From the NCBI GenBank assembly GCA_024238995.1, contig JANBVL010000002.1:14414-78413 (forward strand): 64,000 nucleotides of DNA, given 5' to 3'. Below the pieces are notes generated by a model. That model had not been told where the DNA came from. It did not search any database and worked only from the letters and a program-made list of their open reading frames with translations. The stretch is from Patescibacteria group bacterium. GTDB taxonomy: Bacteria > Patescibacteriota > Minisyncoccia > Minisyncoccales > JANBVM01. The position numbers and the translations under genes are program-made. Positions 36,326 to 47,043 of the stretch are shown here, piece by piece (position 1 is the stretch's first letter; every line of letters begins with the position of its first letter).

Positions 36326-37064
36326 AAAAACCTTGAATCATGTTTAATCTTATCTTAAATAAATCAATTGCCATTTTAACCATGCTTTTAAACTTTACTG
36401 AGCTTCTTTTGTCATTAACCCAGTAAACCGGAATCTCTTTTATTTTGTATCCCATCTTTTTAGCAATCACTAATATTTCAGGATCAAAAGCAAATCTTGC
36501 AATCCTGGTTTTTAAAAAAATATCTTTTGCTGATTGCTCAGTAAACCCTTTAAAACCGCATTGAGTATCTGGAATACCCCAGAGCCCAGTTAAAATTTGG
36601 GCCATCAAATTAAAAACATTCCCTATCATTATTCTCCAGAAAGGCTGAGGTACGGCTAACTTAGAACCCTTAATATCGCGAGAACCTATTACTACCTCGT
36701 TTCCTTTTTCAAATTCTGGCCACATTTTCTCAACTTGATCAAGTGAGGTTGAATTATCGGCATCAGTAAAAAGTCTGTATTTTCCTCTGGCTGATAACAT
36801 GCCTTGCTTAACAACGTAACCTTTACCATTATTTTCTTTATTATCAATTAATCTTAAATTCTCGATTTGAGAACTTAAATCTTTTACAACTTGGGCAGTA
36901 TCATCTTTTGAACCATCATTCACAATTAAAATCTCCCAATCATATGATTGTTTTTTCAAATATTCATACATGTTAGGCAAAGTATCAGGAAGTTTCTTTG
37001 CCTCGTTATAAGCAGGGATAACAACTGAAAGATATACTTGAGACATATTCATACATTCTATCAC
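36315..37064 (-). CDS. GT2 glycosyltransferase, dolichyl-phosphate glucosyltransferase-like
   Basis: SVVIPAYNE, VNDGSKD, FTDADNS, DTQCGFKGF; true start probably a later ATG. Confidence 0.88.
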   Translation of the reverse strand: MIECMNMSQVYLSVVIPAYNEAKKLPDTLPNMYEYLKKQSYDWEILIVNDGSKDDTAQVVKDLSSQIENLRLIDNKENNGKGYVVKQGMLSARGKYRLFTDADNSTSLDQVEKMWPEFEKGNEVVIGSRDIKGSKLAVPQPFWRIMIGNVFNLMAQILTGLWGIPDTQCGFKGFTEQSAKDIFLKTRIARFAFDPEILVIAKKMGYKIKEIPVYWVNDKRSSVKFKSMVKMAIDLFKIRLNMIQGFYER

Positions 37065-37114
37065 ATCTAAAAAAGAAATAAAAAAAAGCGAGTGCTTTTA
37101 AAAATACACTCTTT

Positions 37115-37261
37115 TTATTTTATTTTAGCACTGCTACCACGAGTAGGGGGAAGATTAATCTTTATGCCTTTTGGATAAAGAATTTTAATAATTATCATTA
37201 GAATTCCTTCTAATGTCCATTCTACAATATCATTAAATTTTTTTAGTATTTTACTTTTCAA
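37115..37261 (-). CDS. Possible 48-aa small protein
   Basis: TTG start 4 nt after AGAGGTGA; MKSKILKKFNDIVEWTLEGILMIIIKILYPKGIKINLPPTRGSSAKIK fills the map-GT2 gap. Confidence 0.35.
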   Translation of the reverse strand: MKSKILKKFNDIVEWTLEGILMIIIKILYPKGIKINLPPTRGSSAKIK

Positions 37262-37290
37262 GGAATCACCTCTAATAAAATCATGCTGCT

Positions 37291-38043
37291 TTACTCAAAA
37301 AAAGTCAATACCTCTGGACCCTTCTCAGTGATTGCTATTGTGTGTTCAAAGTGAGCAGACAAATGATTATTATTTGTCTCAAAACCGAAACCATCTTCAG
37401 ATTTTTTAATTTCTCCCTCCCCCTTCATTGCCAGCATTGGCTCCAAGCAAAACACCATGCCAACTGCAATCTTTTCACCTTTATGTCTTTTTCCATGATT
37501 TAAAATCTGAGGTTCTTCGTGCAAATTTTTCCCAATACCATGACCACATAAATCTTTTACTACTACAAAACCAGAATCTTCAATAAACCTGCCAATTGTA
37601 TTTGAAACGTCACCAAATGTATTTCCAACTTTAGATTTTTTAATCCCGCGCTTTAAGGCTTTCTTAGTTGCTTTAACTAATCTATTTGTTTCAGAATCAA
37701 TTTCTCCAACAGGAACAGTAATTGCCATATCGCTATGAAATCCATTTTTAAAAAATCCCAGATCTAAAGATAAAATATCACCTTCTTTTAAAATCCTGTC
37801 AGATGGAACACCATGAACAATCTGTTCATTAATTGAAGTGCACAGTGTTGCTGGAAATCCCTCATAATCTTTGAACGAAGGAATTCCTTCATATTTTAAA
37901 ACAAGGCTTTGAGCAAGCCTATTTAGTTCTAAAGTGGTAATACCCGGCTCTACTTTATCTTTTAATTGATTAATTATAGAGGCCAGAATCTTACCATTTT
38001 CTCTCATTATTTTAATCTCTGAATCAGTCTTTATCGAAATCAT
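37291..38043 (-). CDS. map: Methionine aminopeptidase type I
   Basis: SINEQIVHGVP, GHGIG...HEEP, SAHFEHT. Confidence 0.96.
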   Translation of the reverse strand: MISIKTDSEIKIMRENGKILASIINQLKDKVEPGITTLELNRLAQSLVLKYEGIPSFKDYEGFPATLCTSINEQIVHGVPSDRILKEGDILSLDLGFFKNGFHSDMAITVPVGEIDSETNRLVKATKKALKRGIKKSKVGNTFGDVSNTIGRFIEDSGFVVVKDLCGHGIGKNLHEEPQILNHGKRHKGEKIAVGMVFCLEPMLAMKGEGEIKKSEDGFGFETNNNHLSAHFEHTIAITEKGPEVLTFFE

Positions 38044-38735
38044 TCTACTGCTTTTAAAATACTTTCAAACACAACACTTGGTGAAGGAGACCCATCTATC
38101 TCAATAATGCTTAAACCTTGTTTTTTGAAAAGCTCAATTAAAGGCATGGTTCTATCCTTATACTGTTTAAATCTTACTTTAATTACTTCTGGATCATCAT
38201 CTTTTCTTATTAAAAACTTTGAACCATCAAAAGGACATTTTGTAAGCTTATCAGTTTCTTCATTATAAATTATGGTATGGCGAGCAAGTTCACAAGTCTT
38301 TCTGTGAGAGTTTCTGTGAAGCGATTTCTCTTCACTAATATTTATGAAAACTACTTTAATGTTTGTAACGCCAGATAAATCTTTTAAAAAGGGAACTAAT
38401 GATTCTCCTTCATATAGAGTTCTAGGAGAACCGCTCATAATTATTCCTTTTTCTTCTTCTGTTAACTTCTTTATCTTTTTTTTCATCCAGAAAGTAATTA
38501 AAGGAGGACTCATTAATATTCCAGCATCAATTTTGTTTTTTTCTTCTAAAAATGAATACTCTTTTCCATCAACAACTTCAATATCACTATTTTTCATATC
38601 AGCAAGCTTGTCCTGAATAACTTTGCTGCTTTCAAGATGATAAAAACCAAACTTTTCTGATAAAAGCTCGGCCTGAGTTCCCTTTCCTGCGCCAGGAAGA
38701 CCTAAAACAATAATGATTTTTGATTTTTTATCCAT
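38040..38735 (-). CDS. adk: Adenylate kinase
   Basis: GLPGAGKGTQA P-loop, RKDD; canonical position between secY and map. Confidence 0.88.
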   Translation of the reverse strand: MDKKSKIIIVLGLPGAGKGTQAELLSEKFGFYHLESSKVIQDKLADMKNSDIEVVDGKEYSFLEEKNKIDAGILMSPPLITFWMKKKIKKLTEEEKGIIMSGSPRTLYEGESLVPFLKDLSGVTNIKVVFINISEEKSLHRNSHRKTCELARHTIIYNEETDKLTKCPFDGSKFLIRKDDDPEVIKVRFKQYKDRTMPLIELFKKQGLSIIEIDGSPSPSVVFESILKAVE

Positions 38736-38739
38736 ATAT

Positions 38740-40017
38740 TTAAAAACTATCGTATTCCCTCATTTCAAGCTGAGAATCAACTTCTCTCATTGTTTCTAAA
38801 ACAACTGAAACAATAATCATTATAGAAGTCCCTCCAACTAAAAAACTGAAAACAGCGATATTGGTTATTACCTGCATAATAGTTGGCATCAATGCAATAA
38901 GACCTAAAAAGAAAGCTCCAACAGGCAGAATTCTGTTTAGAACAAACTCTAAAAACTTAGCAGTTGATTCTCCTGGCCTAATTCCAGGAACAAACCCTCC
39001 CATTTTTTTCAAATTACTAGCAATTGATTTAGGTTCAAAAGTGATAAGAGTGTAAAAGTATGTGAAAACAAAAACTAAAACAAAATAAGTAATTCCATAA
39101 GCCCAAAGGTTATTGAAAAAAGCTTCAACAAGCTGAGAAACCCTGCCCCAAAAACCAGCTGAGCCACTTAAGAAATTAGTAATTAATGATGGAAAGGTTA
39201 AAATTGACAAGGCAAAAATAATTGGCATTACTCCAGCAGGGTTAATACTTAAAGGAAGATAAGTTGAAGATCCGCCATAAACCATTCTTCCCCTTACTCT
39301 TTTTGCATAAGAAACTGAAATGTTTCTTCTTGCTTCATTTACTAATGTTACTCCAGCAATAATCAAAAGCGCCATTATAAAAAATATTAAATAAGAGCCA
39401 ATCATTGAAGAGTCATAAGTAGATATCATTTCACCAATATTCCTGGGAAATTCAGCAATAATACCAGCAAAAATTAAGAGCGAAACTCCATTTCCAATAC
39501 CTTTTTCTGAAATTAGTTCACCAAACCACATTAAGAGAATGCTTCCTGCAGCAATTGTTAAAACAGCACTAAGCTTAGTAGCAAAATCCATTTCTCCAAT
39601 TAATCCCTGCCTGGTAAATAAAACCAGCATTGAAAAACCCTGAACTGCTGCCAAAGGAACCGTTAAAATCCTTCCGTACTGTTCAAACTTCTTTTTCCCC
39701 TCTTCCCCGCTTTCTTTATAAAGTTCTTCTAGTTGGGGAAAAATCATTGTCAACAACTGCAAAATAATTGTGGCAGTAATGTAAGGACCTAAACCAAGCA
39801 TTACAATTGAAAGTTTTTCTAAAGCACCGCCTGTAAAAATATTTAAAAGTCCTAAAACTTGAAATTGGTCAAAAAAAGCTTTTAAGTTCTCTGGATTAAT
39901 CCCTGGAATAGGAATATTGGCCATTATTCTGAAAACAGCAAAAATCCCAAAAACAAAAAGGAACTTATCCCTTAACTCCTTGACTTTAAACATTTGAATA
40001 ACTTTCTCGTACCACAT
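38740..40017 (-). CDS. secY: Preprotein translocase subunit SecY
   Basis: LGLGPYITATII, GIGNGVSLLIF, PGIRPG, GGTS motifs. Confidence 0.97.
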   Translation of the reverse strand: MWYEKVIQMFKVKELRDKFLFVFGIFAVFRIMANIPIPGINPENLKAFFDQFQVLGLLNIFTGGALEKLSIVMLGLGPYITATIILQLLTMIFPQLEELYKESGEEGKKKFEQYGRILTVPLAAVQGFSMLVLFTRQGLIGEMDFATKLSAVLTIAAGSILLMWFGELISEKGIGNGVSLLIFAGIIAEFPRNIGEMISTYDSSMIGSYLIFFIMALLIIAGVTLVNEARRNISVSYAKRVRGRMVYGGSSTYLPLSINPAGVMPIIFALSILTFPSLITNFLSGSAGFWGRVSQLVEAFFNNLWAYGITYFVLVFVFTYFYTLITFEPKSIASNLKKMGGFVPGIRPGESTAKFLEFVLNRILPVGAFFLGLIALMPTIMQVITNIAVFSFLVGGTSIMIIVSVVLETMREVDSQLEMREYDSF

Positions 40018-40029
40018 AGTCTACATCTG

Positions 40030-40461
40030 TTATTTTATTTGGCCTCCTGTTTTCTCAATCTTTTCTTTTGCTGATTTTGAAACTATACAATCTCTAATAA
40101 TTAACTTGTTTTTTATTTCTCCCTGCCCTAAAATTTTAACCTTTGGCAATCTGCCTTTTATTCTACTAATTAGCTTTTTATCAAGCAAGGTTTTTGGAGA
40201 AACAATTTCTTTTTCCTTAAAATATTTTTGTAAAGTTTTAATATTTACAATTTCTGGCTTTTCCCTTCTTATTTTAAACTTATACCCTCTTAATTTAGGG
40301 TATTTTTTAATCAACTGCCTGATATCAGGAACCTTTTTACGACCAGCTCTTGTTTGCTGGCCTTTTATCCCCCTCCCAGAATGAGTTCCTCTTTTTCCTC
40401 CCCTTCCTATCCTTTTTCCCTTTTTGTTTTTATGTTTTGCTTTTAACTGATGAATTTGCAT
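40030..40461 (-). CDS. rplO: 50S ribosomal protein L15
   Basis: RIGRGG, SGRGIKGQ, VKILGQG, SAKEKIEKTGG. Confidence 0.94.
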   Translation of the reverse strand: MQIHQLKAKHKNKKGKRIGRGGKRGTHSGRGIKGQQTRAGRKKVPDIRQLIKKYPKLRGYKFKIRREKPEIVNIKTLQKYFKEKEIVSPKTLLDKKLISRIKGRLPKVKILGQGEIKNKLIIRDCIVSKSAKEKIEKTGGQIK

Positions 40462-40481
40462 AGCATTAAAATAATAAAAAA

Positions 40482-40985
40482 TTATTCTTTAACAGTTTTT
40501 TCTTTTTTTACTCTTTTTGATAGCTTTAACTTTTTCAATGCTTTTATTGTTGCCATTCCATTATTAAGCTTGTTTCTAGTTGACCCTAAAACCTTGGAAG
40601 AAATATTTTTAATCCCAGCTAAAGAACAAATAATTCTTACTGTTCCCCCTGCTACCAAACCCCTTCCTTTTCTTTGAGGCTTTAACAAAACTCTTGCTGA
40701 GCTGAATTTTGCAGAAACCTCATAAGGAATTGTTTCATTTACAATTGGCACTTCTATAATTCTTTTCTTTGCTAATCTTGTTGCTTTTTCTATTGCTTGC
40801 GCAACATCAAGCCCAGAAGCTGAAGCTATGGAAACTTTTCCTTTTTTATCACCAATAACCATAACAACTCTAAATCTTATCTTTTTTCCTCCTGCCCTTG
40901 TATGAGATACTCTTGCCAAGTCCAAAAGCTTTGAGTCAAACTCATCTTTCCTTTTAAAATCTTTTGTCATTCTTCTTCCTCTCAT
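40482..40985 (-). CDS. rpsE: 30S ribosomal protein S5
   Basis: RVSHTRAGGKKIRF, GLVAGG; operon position. Confidence 0.94.
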   Translation of the reverse strand: MRGRRMTKDFKRKDEFDSKLLDLARVSHTRAGGKKIRFRVVMVIGDKKGKVSIASASGLDVAQAIEKATRLAKKRIIEVPIVNETIPYEVSAKFSSARVLLKPQRKGRGLVAGGTVRIICSLAGIKNISSKVLGSTRNKLNNGMATIKALKKLKLSKRVKKEKTVKE

Positions 40986-40992
40986 AATTGTT

Positions 40993-41379
40993 TTAAAATT
41001 TTAAACCGCCATCTCTAGCGCCGTCAGCTAAAGCTTTAACTCTTCCATGATATTTATATCCTCCTCTATCAAAAACCACTTTTTCAACCTTTAAATCTTT
41101 TGCTTTTTTGGCAATTAATTTACCAGTCTCAAATGCAATACTTAGTTTTTTTGATAATTTCTTGTCCTTTTCTTTTTTAGCCTCTGTTTTCTTTCCCTTT
41201 GCTTGTGAATCACGGGCTGAAGCTAATATTTTATTATTCTTATCATCAATTAACTGGGCATAAATATATTTGTTTGAACGAAAAACACAAAGTCTTGGAA
41301 TTTTATCTGTCCCTGAAATTTTGGCTCTTACTTTTTTATGCCTTTTTAATCTTTTTTTTCTTTTCTTTTTAACATTCAT
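40993..41379 (-). CDS. rplR: 50S ribosomal protein L18
   Basis: [32 protein letters not shown]. Confidence 0.97.
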   Translation of the reverse strand: MNVKKKRKKRLKRHKKVRAKISGTDKIPRLCVFRSNKYIYAQLIDDKNNKILASARDSQAKGKKTEAKKEKDKKLSKKLSIAFETGKLIAKKAKDLKVEKVVFDRGGYKYHGRVKALADGARDGGLKF

Positions 41380-41392
41380 AATTCAACCTACA

Positions 41393-41941
41393 TTAACCTG
41401 GACCAGCAGTCGCAACCTTTTTGCCTGCTTTTCTTCTAATTGTTTCTCCATAATACCTTAAACCCTTTCCTTTATAAGGTTCAGCAGGCCTGACTTTTTT
41501 AATTTTTGCAGCAATCAAACCAACAAGATCTTTATCAATACCAGAAACTGTGATTATGTTTTTCTCAACTGTAATTTTAATCCCTTCTGGAGACTTTATT
41601 TTAACAAGATGAGTGAAGCCAGCAGACAAAACCAGCTCTTCTTCCTCCATCTTAGCCTTATAGCCTAAACCATGAATTTCCAGTTTCTTTTCATAACCAG
41701 ACACAACTCCATTAACCATGTTTGCTAAAATAGCTCTGGTTAAACCCCAAAAAGCCTTGCTGTTTTTTGTTTGCCTTTTAACTAAAACAAGTAATTTTTT
41801 ATCTTTTAATTGAATTTTAATTTCAGGCCTAACTTCAAAAGAAAGCTCACCTTTTGGACCCTTTATCAAAGCTTTCTGCTCTTTAATTTTAACTTCTACA
41901 TTTTCCGGTATTTCAATTGGTTTTTTTCCTATTTTACTCAT
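41393..41941 (-). CDS. rplF: 50S ribosomal protein L6
   Basis: MSKIGKKPI, KGPKGEL, EPYKGKG. Confidence 0.97.
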   Translation of the reverse strand: MSKIGKKPIEIPENVEVKIKEQKALIKGPKGELSFEVRPEIKIQLKDKKLLVLVKRQTKNSKAFWGLTRAILANMVNGVVSGYEKKLEIHGLGYKAKMEEEELVLSAGFTHLVKIKSPEGIKITVEKNIITVSGIDKDLVGLIAAKIKKVRPAEPYKGKGLRYYGETIRRKAGKKVATAGPG

Positions 41942-41947
41942 ATATAT

Positions 41948-42334
41948 TTACCAAATTTCGCACAATATCTCACCTCCTAAATTCTTTTTTCTGGCTTCTT
42001 TATCTGCCATTAAACCTTTAGAAGTTGAAATAATTAATATTCCATAGCCTGATTTTACTCTTCTAATTTTTCCAGCTGCAGTATAAATTCTTTGACCTGG
42101 TTTTGAAATTCTTTTTAATCCTGATATGACTGGCTCATTATTGTCGTATTTTAGTTTTATTGTAATAAGCTTTTTAGGCTTTCTCCCTTTTTTCTCTATT
42201 TCTCCAACAAAATTTTCCTGCTTTAAAATTTTGGCAATTTCAAACTTCATTTCAGAATAAGGAAAACTCACTGTTTCTTTTAAAACAGCTTGAGCATTTC
42301 TTATTGATGTTAACATGTCTGCTATTGGATCCAT
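41948..42334 (-). CDS. rpsH: 30S ribosomal protein S8
   Basis: DPIADMLT, RISKPGQRIY, STSKG. Confidence 0.97.
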   Translation of the reverse strand: MDPIADMLTSIRNAQAVLKETVSFPYSEMKFEIAKILKQENFVGEIEKKGRKPKKLITIKLKYDNNEPVISGLKRISKPGQRIYTAAGKIRRVKSGYGILIISTSKGLMADKEARKKNLGGEILCEIW

Positions 42335-42336
42335 AT

Positions 42337-42522
42337 TTACCAGCTACTTTTTCTTATTCCCGGAATTAGACCTTTGTTTGCCATTTCTCTAAAACAAATT
42401 CTGCAAAGCCCGAACTTTCTCATGTAAGCTCTTTTTCTTCCACACCGAAAACACCTTCGAACTATTCGTGTTTTAAACTTTGGTTTCTTTTTTGCTCTGG
42501 CAATTTGTGATTTTTTTGGCAT
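42337..42522 (-). CDS. rpsN: 30S ribosomal protein S14, Zn-binding type Z
   Basis: RCFRCGR...LCRICFRE...KSSW. Confidence 0.96.
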   Translation of the reverse strand: MPKKSQIARAKKKPKFKTRIVRRCFRCGRKRAYMRKFGLCRICFREMANKGLIPGIRKSSW

Positions 42523-42523
42523 A

Positions 42524-43081
42524 TTACTTTTTTATTGGAAATCCTATCAATCTTAATAATTCTAAACTTTCTTCTTTATCCTTGGTTGTTGTTACCACAG
42601 TAATCTCTAACCCAAACAAAAACTTGGCGTGTTCTGGCATAATCTCAGAAAAAGAGATTTGTTCTTTGATTGCTAAAGTTAAATTACCATTTTTATCAAC
42701 TGTTTTAGGATCAATCCCTGAAAAGTCTCTGGAACGAGGAAGAGTTATGTGAATCAATCTCTCTAAAAAATCAAACATCATTTTTTTCCTTAAAGTTACC
42801 ATTGCCCCTATTTCCATGCCTCTTCTAATTTTAAAACCTGAAACTGATTTTCTTGCTTTTGTCAGCACTGGCTTTTGACCAGTAATTGAAGACAAATCTT
42901 TTGTAATTGCCTCCAGCATTTTTCTTCTTTCATCAGAACCTTTTGGAATAATAGCTTTGCCAAAACCAGTATTGATAACTACTTTTTCAATTTTGGGAAC
43001 TGCCATCCTGCTCTTATAGCCAAACTTTTCCATCATTTTAGGAATTACTTCCTTGTTATACTTTTCTTTTAAGCCAATCAT
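42524..43081 (-). CDS. rplE: 50S ribosomal protein L5
   Basis: [24 protein letters not shown]. Confidence 0.97.
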   Translation of the reverse strand: MIGLKEKYNKEVIPKMMEKFGYKSRMAVPKIEKVVINTGFGKAIIPKGSDERRKMLEAITKDLSSITGQKPVLTKARKSVSGFKIRRGMEIGAMVTLRKKMMFDFLERLIHITLPRSRDFSGIDPKTVDKNGNLTLAIKEQISFSEIMPEHAKFLFGLEITVVTTTKDKEESLELLRLIGFPIKK

Positions 43082-43383
43082 ATTTGTTTATTGCATTTTT
43101 TGCAAATCCTATATTTTTTATTATTTATAACCTTATAGCCAACCCTTGCTGGCTTATTGCATTTTGAACAAATTATTTTCACATTAGAAATATCAATAGG
43201 CGCTGGTTTTTGAATAATCTGGCCTTTACTTCCTGTTTTTTTCGGTTTTTGATGTCTTTTTTTCAAATTCACTGATTCAATCAAAACTTTTCTTTCGATT
43301 GGGAAAGCTTTTAAAATCTTGCCTTTCTTACCTTTATCTTTTCCTGAAACAACCAGTACTTTATCGCCTTTTTTTATCTTCAT
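43078..43383 (-). CDS. rplX: 50S ribosomal protein L24
   Basis: IKKGDKVLVVSGKDKGK KOW motif. Confidence 0.96.
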   Translation of the reverse strand: MKIKKGDKVLVVSGKDKGKKGKILKAFPIERKVLIESVNLKKRHQKPKKTGSKGQIIQKPAPIDISNVKIICSKCNKPARVGYKVINNKKYRICKKCNKQI

Positions 43384-43393
43384 ATTTTTAAAA

Positions 43394-43765
43394 TTATACC
43401 AATTGCTGAGCTATGCCCACTACTTCTTGAAAACCTTTTTCTTTTATTTCTCTTGCCACAGGGCCAAAAATTCTTCCGCCTTTTGGTTTTTTTGTCTTGC
43501 CCTCTAAAATCACACAAGCATTATCATCAAAACGAATATGCGTGCCATCAGACCTTTTATACTCTTTTCTTTGCCTAATAATCAAAGCCCTTACTACATC
43601 ATGTTTTTTTACTTCTTTTCTGGGATCAGCAACCTTTACTGTACCAACAATAATATCACCCAAACGGCCATAGCGCCTTACGCTTCCACCTAAAACATGA
43701 ATGCATTGAAGCACCCTACCTCCTGAATTGTCAGCTATTTTTACCATTGTTCTTAGTTGAATCAT
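43394..43765 (-). CDS. rplN: 50S ribosomal protein L14
   Basis: [21 protein letters not shown]. Confidence 0.97.
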   Translation of the reverse strand: MIQLRTMVKIADNSGGRVLQCIHVLGGSVRRYGRLGDIIVGTVKVADPRKEVKKHDVVRALIIRQRKEYKRSDGTHIRFDDNACVILEGKTKKPKGGRIFGPVAREIKEKGFQEVVGIAQQLV

Positions 43766-44061
43766 GATTCTTGCTTTTCATCAGTTAGTTTTTCTTGTTT
43801 TTCCTCTGGCTCTTGCCTCTCGCTCTGTTTTACTTTTCCTATTACTCTCCATCTTTTGTCTTTGCTGATTGGCCTGCACTCCTCAATAATAACCCTGTCG
43901 TCTAATTTATAGTTTTCCTTTTCATCATGAGCCTTGTACCTTTTGCTCATTTTATACATCTTTTTATACTTGGAATGTTTCTTCATACGCTCAACCTCAA
44001 CAATAACTGTTTTTTGCATTTTGTCAGAAACAATTATTCCTCTTAATTTTCTTTTAGGCAT
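43762..44061 (-). CDS. rpsQ: 30S ribosomal protein S17
   Basis: [20 protein letters not shown]. Confidence 0.96.
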   Translation of the reverse strand: MPKRKLRGIIVSDKMQKTVIVEVERMKKHSKYKKMYKMSKRYKAHDEKENYKLDDRVIIEECRPISKDKRWRVIGKVKQSERQEPEEKQEKLTDEKQES

Positions 44062-44065
44062 AAAC

Positions 44066-44251
44066 TCACTTTACTTCTTTTAATATGGTTAATATTCTTG
44101 CAATTCTTTTTCTAACTTCTCTTATCTCTCTCACGTTCTTTACCTTGCCCGCACTTAAATCAAAGCGCAATAATCTTAGCTTGTCTTTTGATTCATTAAG
44201 CAATTTTTTCAATTCTGATTTCGACTTTTTTTTAATTTCAGCAACTTTCAT
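44066..44251 (-). CDS. rpmC: 50S ribosomal protein L29
   Basis: LRF...[13 protein letters not shown]; operon position. Confidence 0.93.
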   Translation of the reverse strand: MKVAEIKKKSKSELKKLLNESKDKLRLLRFDLSAGKVKNVREIREVRKRIARILTILKEVK

Positions 44252-44275
44252 ATTTTTATTCGTAATTATTAATAA

Positions 44276-44686
44276 CTATTTCTTAATAAATTTGGTTTTT
44301 ACCGGTAATTTATCTGATGCAGTTCTAAAAGCCTTTACTGCTGTTTCTTCTTTTATTCCTTCAAGTTCAAAAATAATCCTTCCCGGCTTAATTGGAAAAG
44401 CATAATGAGAAACAGGTCCTTTGCCTTTTCCCATTTTAAACTCAGTACCTTTTGATGTAATGGGCTTGTCAGGAAAAATTCTAATCCAAAGCTTACCGCC
44501 TTTCTTTAAATATCTTAAAATCCCGCGCCTTGCTGCCTCAATTTGACGGGCAGTAATCCATCTTTGCTCTAAGGTTTTTAAACCATAAGAACCAAAGGCA
44601 AGTTCAGTTCCTCTTTTTGCAAGACCTTTTGATCTTCCCTTAAATCTTTTCCTATGTTTTGTTTTTTTTGGTTGAAGAATTGCCAT
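44276..44686 (-). CDS. rplP: 50S ribosomal protein L16
   Basis: [21 protein letters not shown]. Confidence 0.97.
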   Translation of the reverse strand: MAILQPKKTKHRKRFKGRSKGLAKRGTELAFGSYGLKTLEQRWITARQIEAARRGILRYLKKGGKLWIRIFPDKPITSKGTEFKMGKGKGPVSHYAFPIKPGRIIFELEGIKEETAVKAFRTASDKLPVKTKFIKK

Positions 44687-44688
44687 AA

Positions 44689-45369
44689 TTATTTTTCAAA
44701 TTTCTCTCCTTTATATATCCAAACCTTTACTCCTATTACTCCATAACTGCACTTAGCTATTTTATGAGAATAATCAATATCTGCTCTTATTGTCTGTCTT
44801 GGAAGAAGACCCTGTCCTAACCACTCTTTTCTTGCAATTGAAACGCCATTCAGCCTGCCAGCCAACTCAACCCTAGCACCTTTTATTCCTTTTTGAGACA
44901 TAATCCTAGATAGGGTTTGTTTTAAAACACGCCTGTAAGGCATTCTCTTCTCTATCTGAGCTGCCATTAATTGAGCAACTAAAGACGCATGAACCCAGGG
45001 GTTTTTAATCTCCCTGATCTCAAGCCTTAATTCTAATCTAGCCTTACCTTTTTCTTTCTTTGATTTTATAAAATATTTTTCTTGTAAAACCTTGCTGATA
45101 AGTTCCTGTTTTAATCTTTCTATACCCTCGCCTCTTCTTCCGATAATCAAACCCGGTCTTGAAGTAGAAACTATAATATTTATTCTGCTTGGAGATCTTT
45201 CAATCCCAATTTTTGCAACACCAAATTTACCAATTTTTTCTTCAAGAAATTTTCTTATCTTAAAATCTTCTTCTAAGTATGAGGCAAAATCTTTTTCATA
45301 AAAACCGCGTGATTCCCACTCTTCAGTTTGCCTTATTCTAAATATTTTTGGATGGACTCTATGTGACAT
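44689..45369 (-). CDS. rpsC: 30S ribosomal protein S3
   Basis: [28 protein letters not shown]. Confidence 0.97.
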   Translation of the reverse strand: MSHRVHPKIFRIRQTEEWESRGFYEKDFASYLEEDFKIRKFLEEKIGKFGVAKIGIERSPSRINIIVSTSRPGLIIGRRGEGIERLKQELISKVLQEKYFIKSKKEKGKARLELRLEIREIKNPWVHASLVAQLMAAQIEKRMPYRRVLKQTLSRIMSQKGIKGARVELAGRLNGVSIARKEWLGQGLLPRQTIRADIDYSHKIAKCSYGVIGVKVWIYKGEKFEK

Positions 45370-45382
45370 AATGTTCTTTAAA

Positions 45383-45910
45383 TTAAAATGTTTTTCGCCT
45401 GAAAAATCTTCTTAAACCTCTTTCTTTTTTTTGTTTAACAGCCTTTTCAAAATCTGGCTTCTGCCTTTCTTTTTTAATAACAACGGATTTAACTGCTTTC
45501 TCTTTCTCTTCTTCTTGGACAGGTTCTAATTTCTTTTTTCCAACCACTTTTTTCTTTTTTGTTTTCTTTGCTTTTTTATCAATCTCATCTAAAACAAGGG
45601 TTATATGCGAAGTTTTTTTATGAATTATATCAGCTCTGCCCCTTGCTCTTGGAAGCTGTCTTTTAAGTCTTGTTCCTTCATTAACCAATAATTCAGAGAT
45701 ATAAAGATTGCTTTCATCTGTCTGAAAATTACTTTTTGCATTAGCCAGCGCCTGGTTTAAAAGCTTTAAAATTGGCAAGGCTGCTTTTTTTCTTGTAAAA
45801 GCTAAAAGTTTTTGAGCTTTTTCAACTTTTTTTCCCCTAATCAAGTCAGTGACTAATCTCACTTTTCTGGGCGCAATCCTTAAATAACTGAGCTTTGCTT
45901 TTGAAATCAT
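45383..45910 (-). CDS. rplV: 50S ribosomal protein L22 with long C-terminal extension
   Basis: RIAPRKVRLV, PRARGRA, TSHIT, then about 65 extra charged residues. Confidence 0.96.
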   Translation of the reverse strand: MISKAKLSYLRIAPRKVRLVTDLIRGKKVEKAQKLLAFTRKKAALPILKLLNQALANAKSNFQTDESNLYISELLVNEGTRLKRQLPRARGRADIIHKKTSHITLVLDEIDKKAKKTKKKKVVGKKKLEPVQEEEKEKAVKSVVIKKERQKPDFEKAVKQKKERGLRRFFRRKTF

Positions 45911-45919
45911 ATTTTTAAA

Positions 45920-46228
45920 CTATTTTTTCTCTGCTGGTTTAGCAGTTGTTTTTTTCTCTAATCCTTTCTGCATTCTTCCACCATGTCTTAAGAATTTTGT
46001 TGTTGGAGCAAATTCGCCAAGTTTATGACCAATCATGCCTTCGTCAATTTTTACTGAAATAAATTGCTTGCCATTGTGAACTAAAAATGTAAAGCCAAGC
46101 ATTTCCGGTGAAATAGCACAACGCCTAGACCAAGTCTTAATTGGCTTTGTTTTATCTCCTCTCAGCTCTTCAACCTTTTTCAGTAATTTCTCGTCAATAT
46201 ATGGGCCTTTTTTTAAACTTCTTGTCAT
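45920..46228 (-). CDS. rpsS: 30S ribosomal protein S19
   Basis: [23 protein letters not shown]. Confidence 0.97.
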   Translation of the reverse strand: MTRSLKKGPYIDEKLLKKVEELRGDKTKPIKTWSRRCAISPEMLGFTFLVHNGKQFISVKIDEGMIGHKLGEFAPTTKFLRHGGRMQKGLEKKTTAKPAEKK

Positions 46229-46230
46229 AT

Positions 46231-47031
46231 TTATTTCTTTTTCCTTCTTTTTAAAATTAATTTATCTGTCCATTTCTTTTTTCTTGTTCTAACCCCTAAT
46301 GCTATCTTTCCCCATGGCGTTTTAGGATGTTTCATTCCAATACCACTCCTCCCTGAACCTCCTCCATGAGGATGGTCAGGAGGATTCATTGCTGAACCTC
46401 TTACTGTTGGTCTTATCCCTTTTAATCTTTTTGTTCCTGCTTTTCTAAATTTCTCAAATCTCTTTTCTGGATGAGAAACCTGACCGATTGAAGCAAAACA
46501 ATGCTCTGGAACCTTTCTTACTTCACTAGAAGGCATTTGAAGATGAATATAACCTCCGTCATTGGCTAAAACCTTAGCTGAAGTTCCTGCTGACCTTACC
46601 ATTCTGCCGCCTATTCCTTTTATCATTTCAATATTATAAACTTGGGTTCCAATAAGAATATTTTTGAGCTGCAATCTATTACCTATTTTAAGTTCAGTTT
46701 TTTCAGCACAAATTATTTCATCATTAACCTTAATTCCAGCTGGAGCAAGAATATAGCCTTTTTCATTGTCTTCATACTCAATTAAAGCTAAAAATGCTGT
46801 TCTATTTGGATCATATTCTATTGCTATTACTTTTCCTTTTTTATTAATCTTTTCTTGGCCAAAATCAATAATTCTATAGCGTCTTTTCACTCCACCTCCT
46901 TGATGACGAATAGTAATTTTTCCAGACTTTGATCTGCCAGCCTTTCTTTTCAAAGTCAAAAGTAAAGCTTTTTCAGGCTTTTTCTTTGATAACAATTTTT
47001 TGCTTTTAAATTGAACTTGTCTTTTTTGCAT
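46231..47031 (-). CDS. rplB: 50S ribosomal protein L2
   Basis: [33 protein letters not shown]. Confidence 0.97.
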   Translation of the reverse strand: MQKRQVQFKSKKLLSKKKPEKALLLTLKRKAGRSKSGKITIRHQGGGVKRRYRIIDFGQEKINKKGKVIAIEYDPNRTAFLALIEYEDNEKGYILAPAGIKVNDEIICAEKTELKIGNRLQLKNILIGTQVYNIEMIKGIGGRMVRSAGTSAKVLANDGGYIHLQMPSSEVRKVPEHCFASIGQVSHPEKRFEKFRKAGTKRLKGIRPTVRGSAMNPPDHPHGGGSGRSGIGMKHPKTPWGKIALGVRTRKKKWTDKLILKRRKKK

Positions 47032-47043
47032 ACTTTAATAAAA

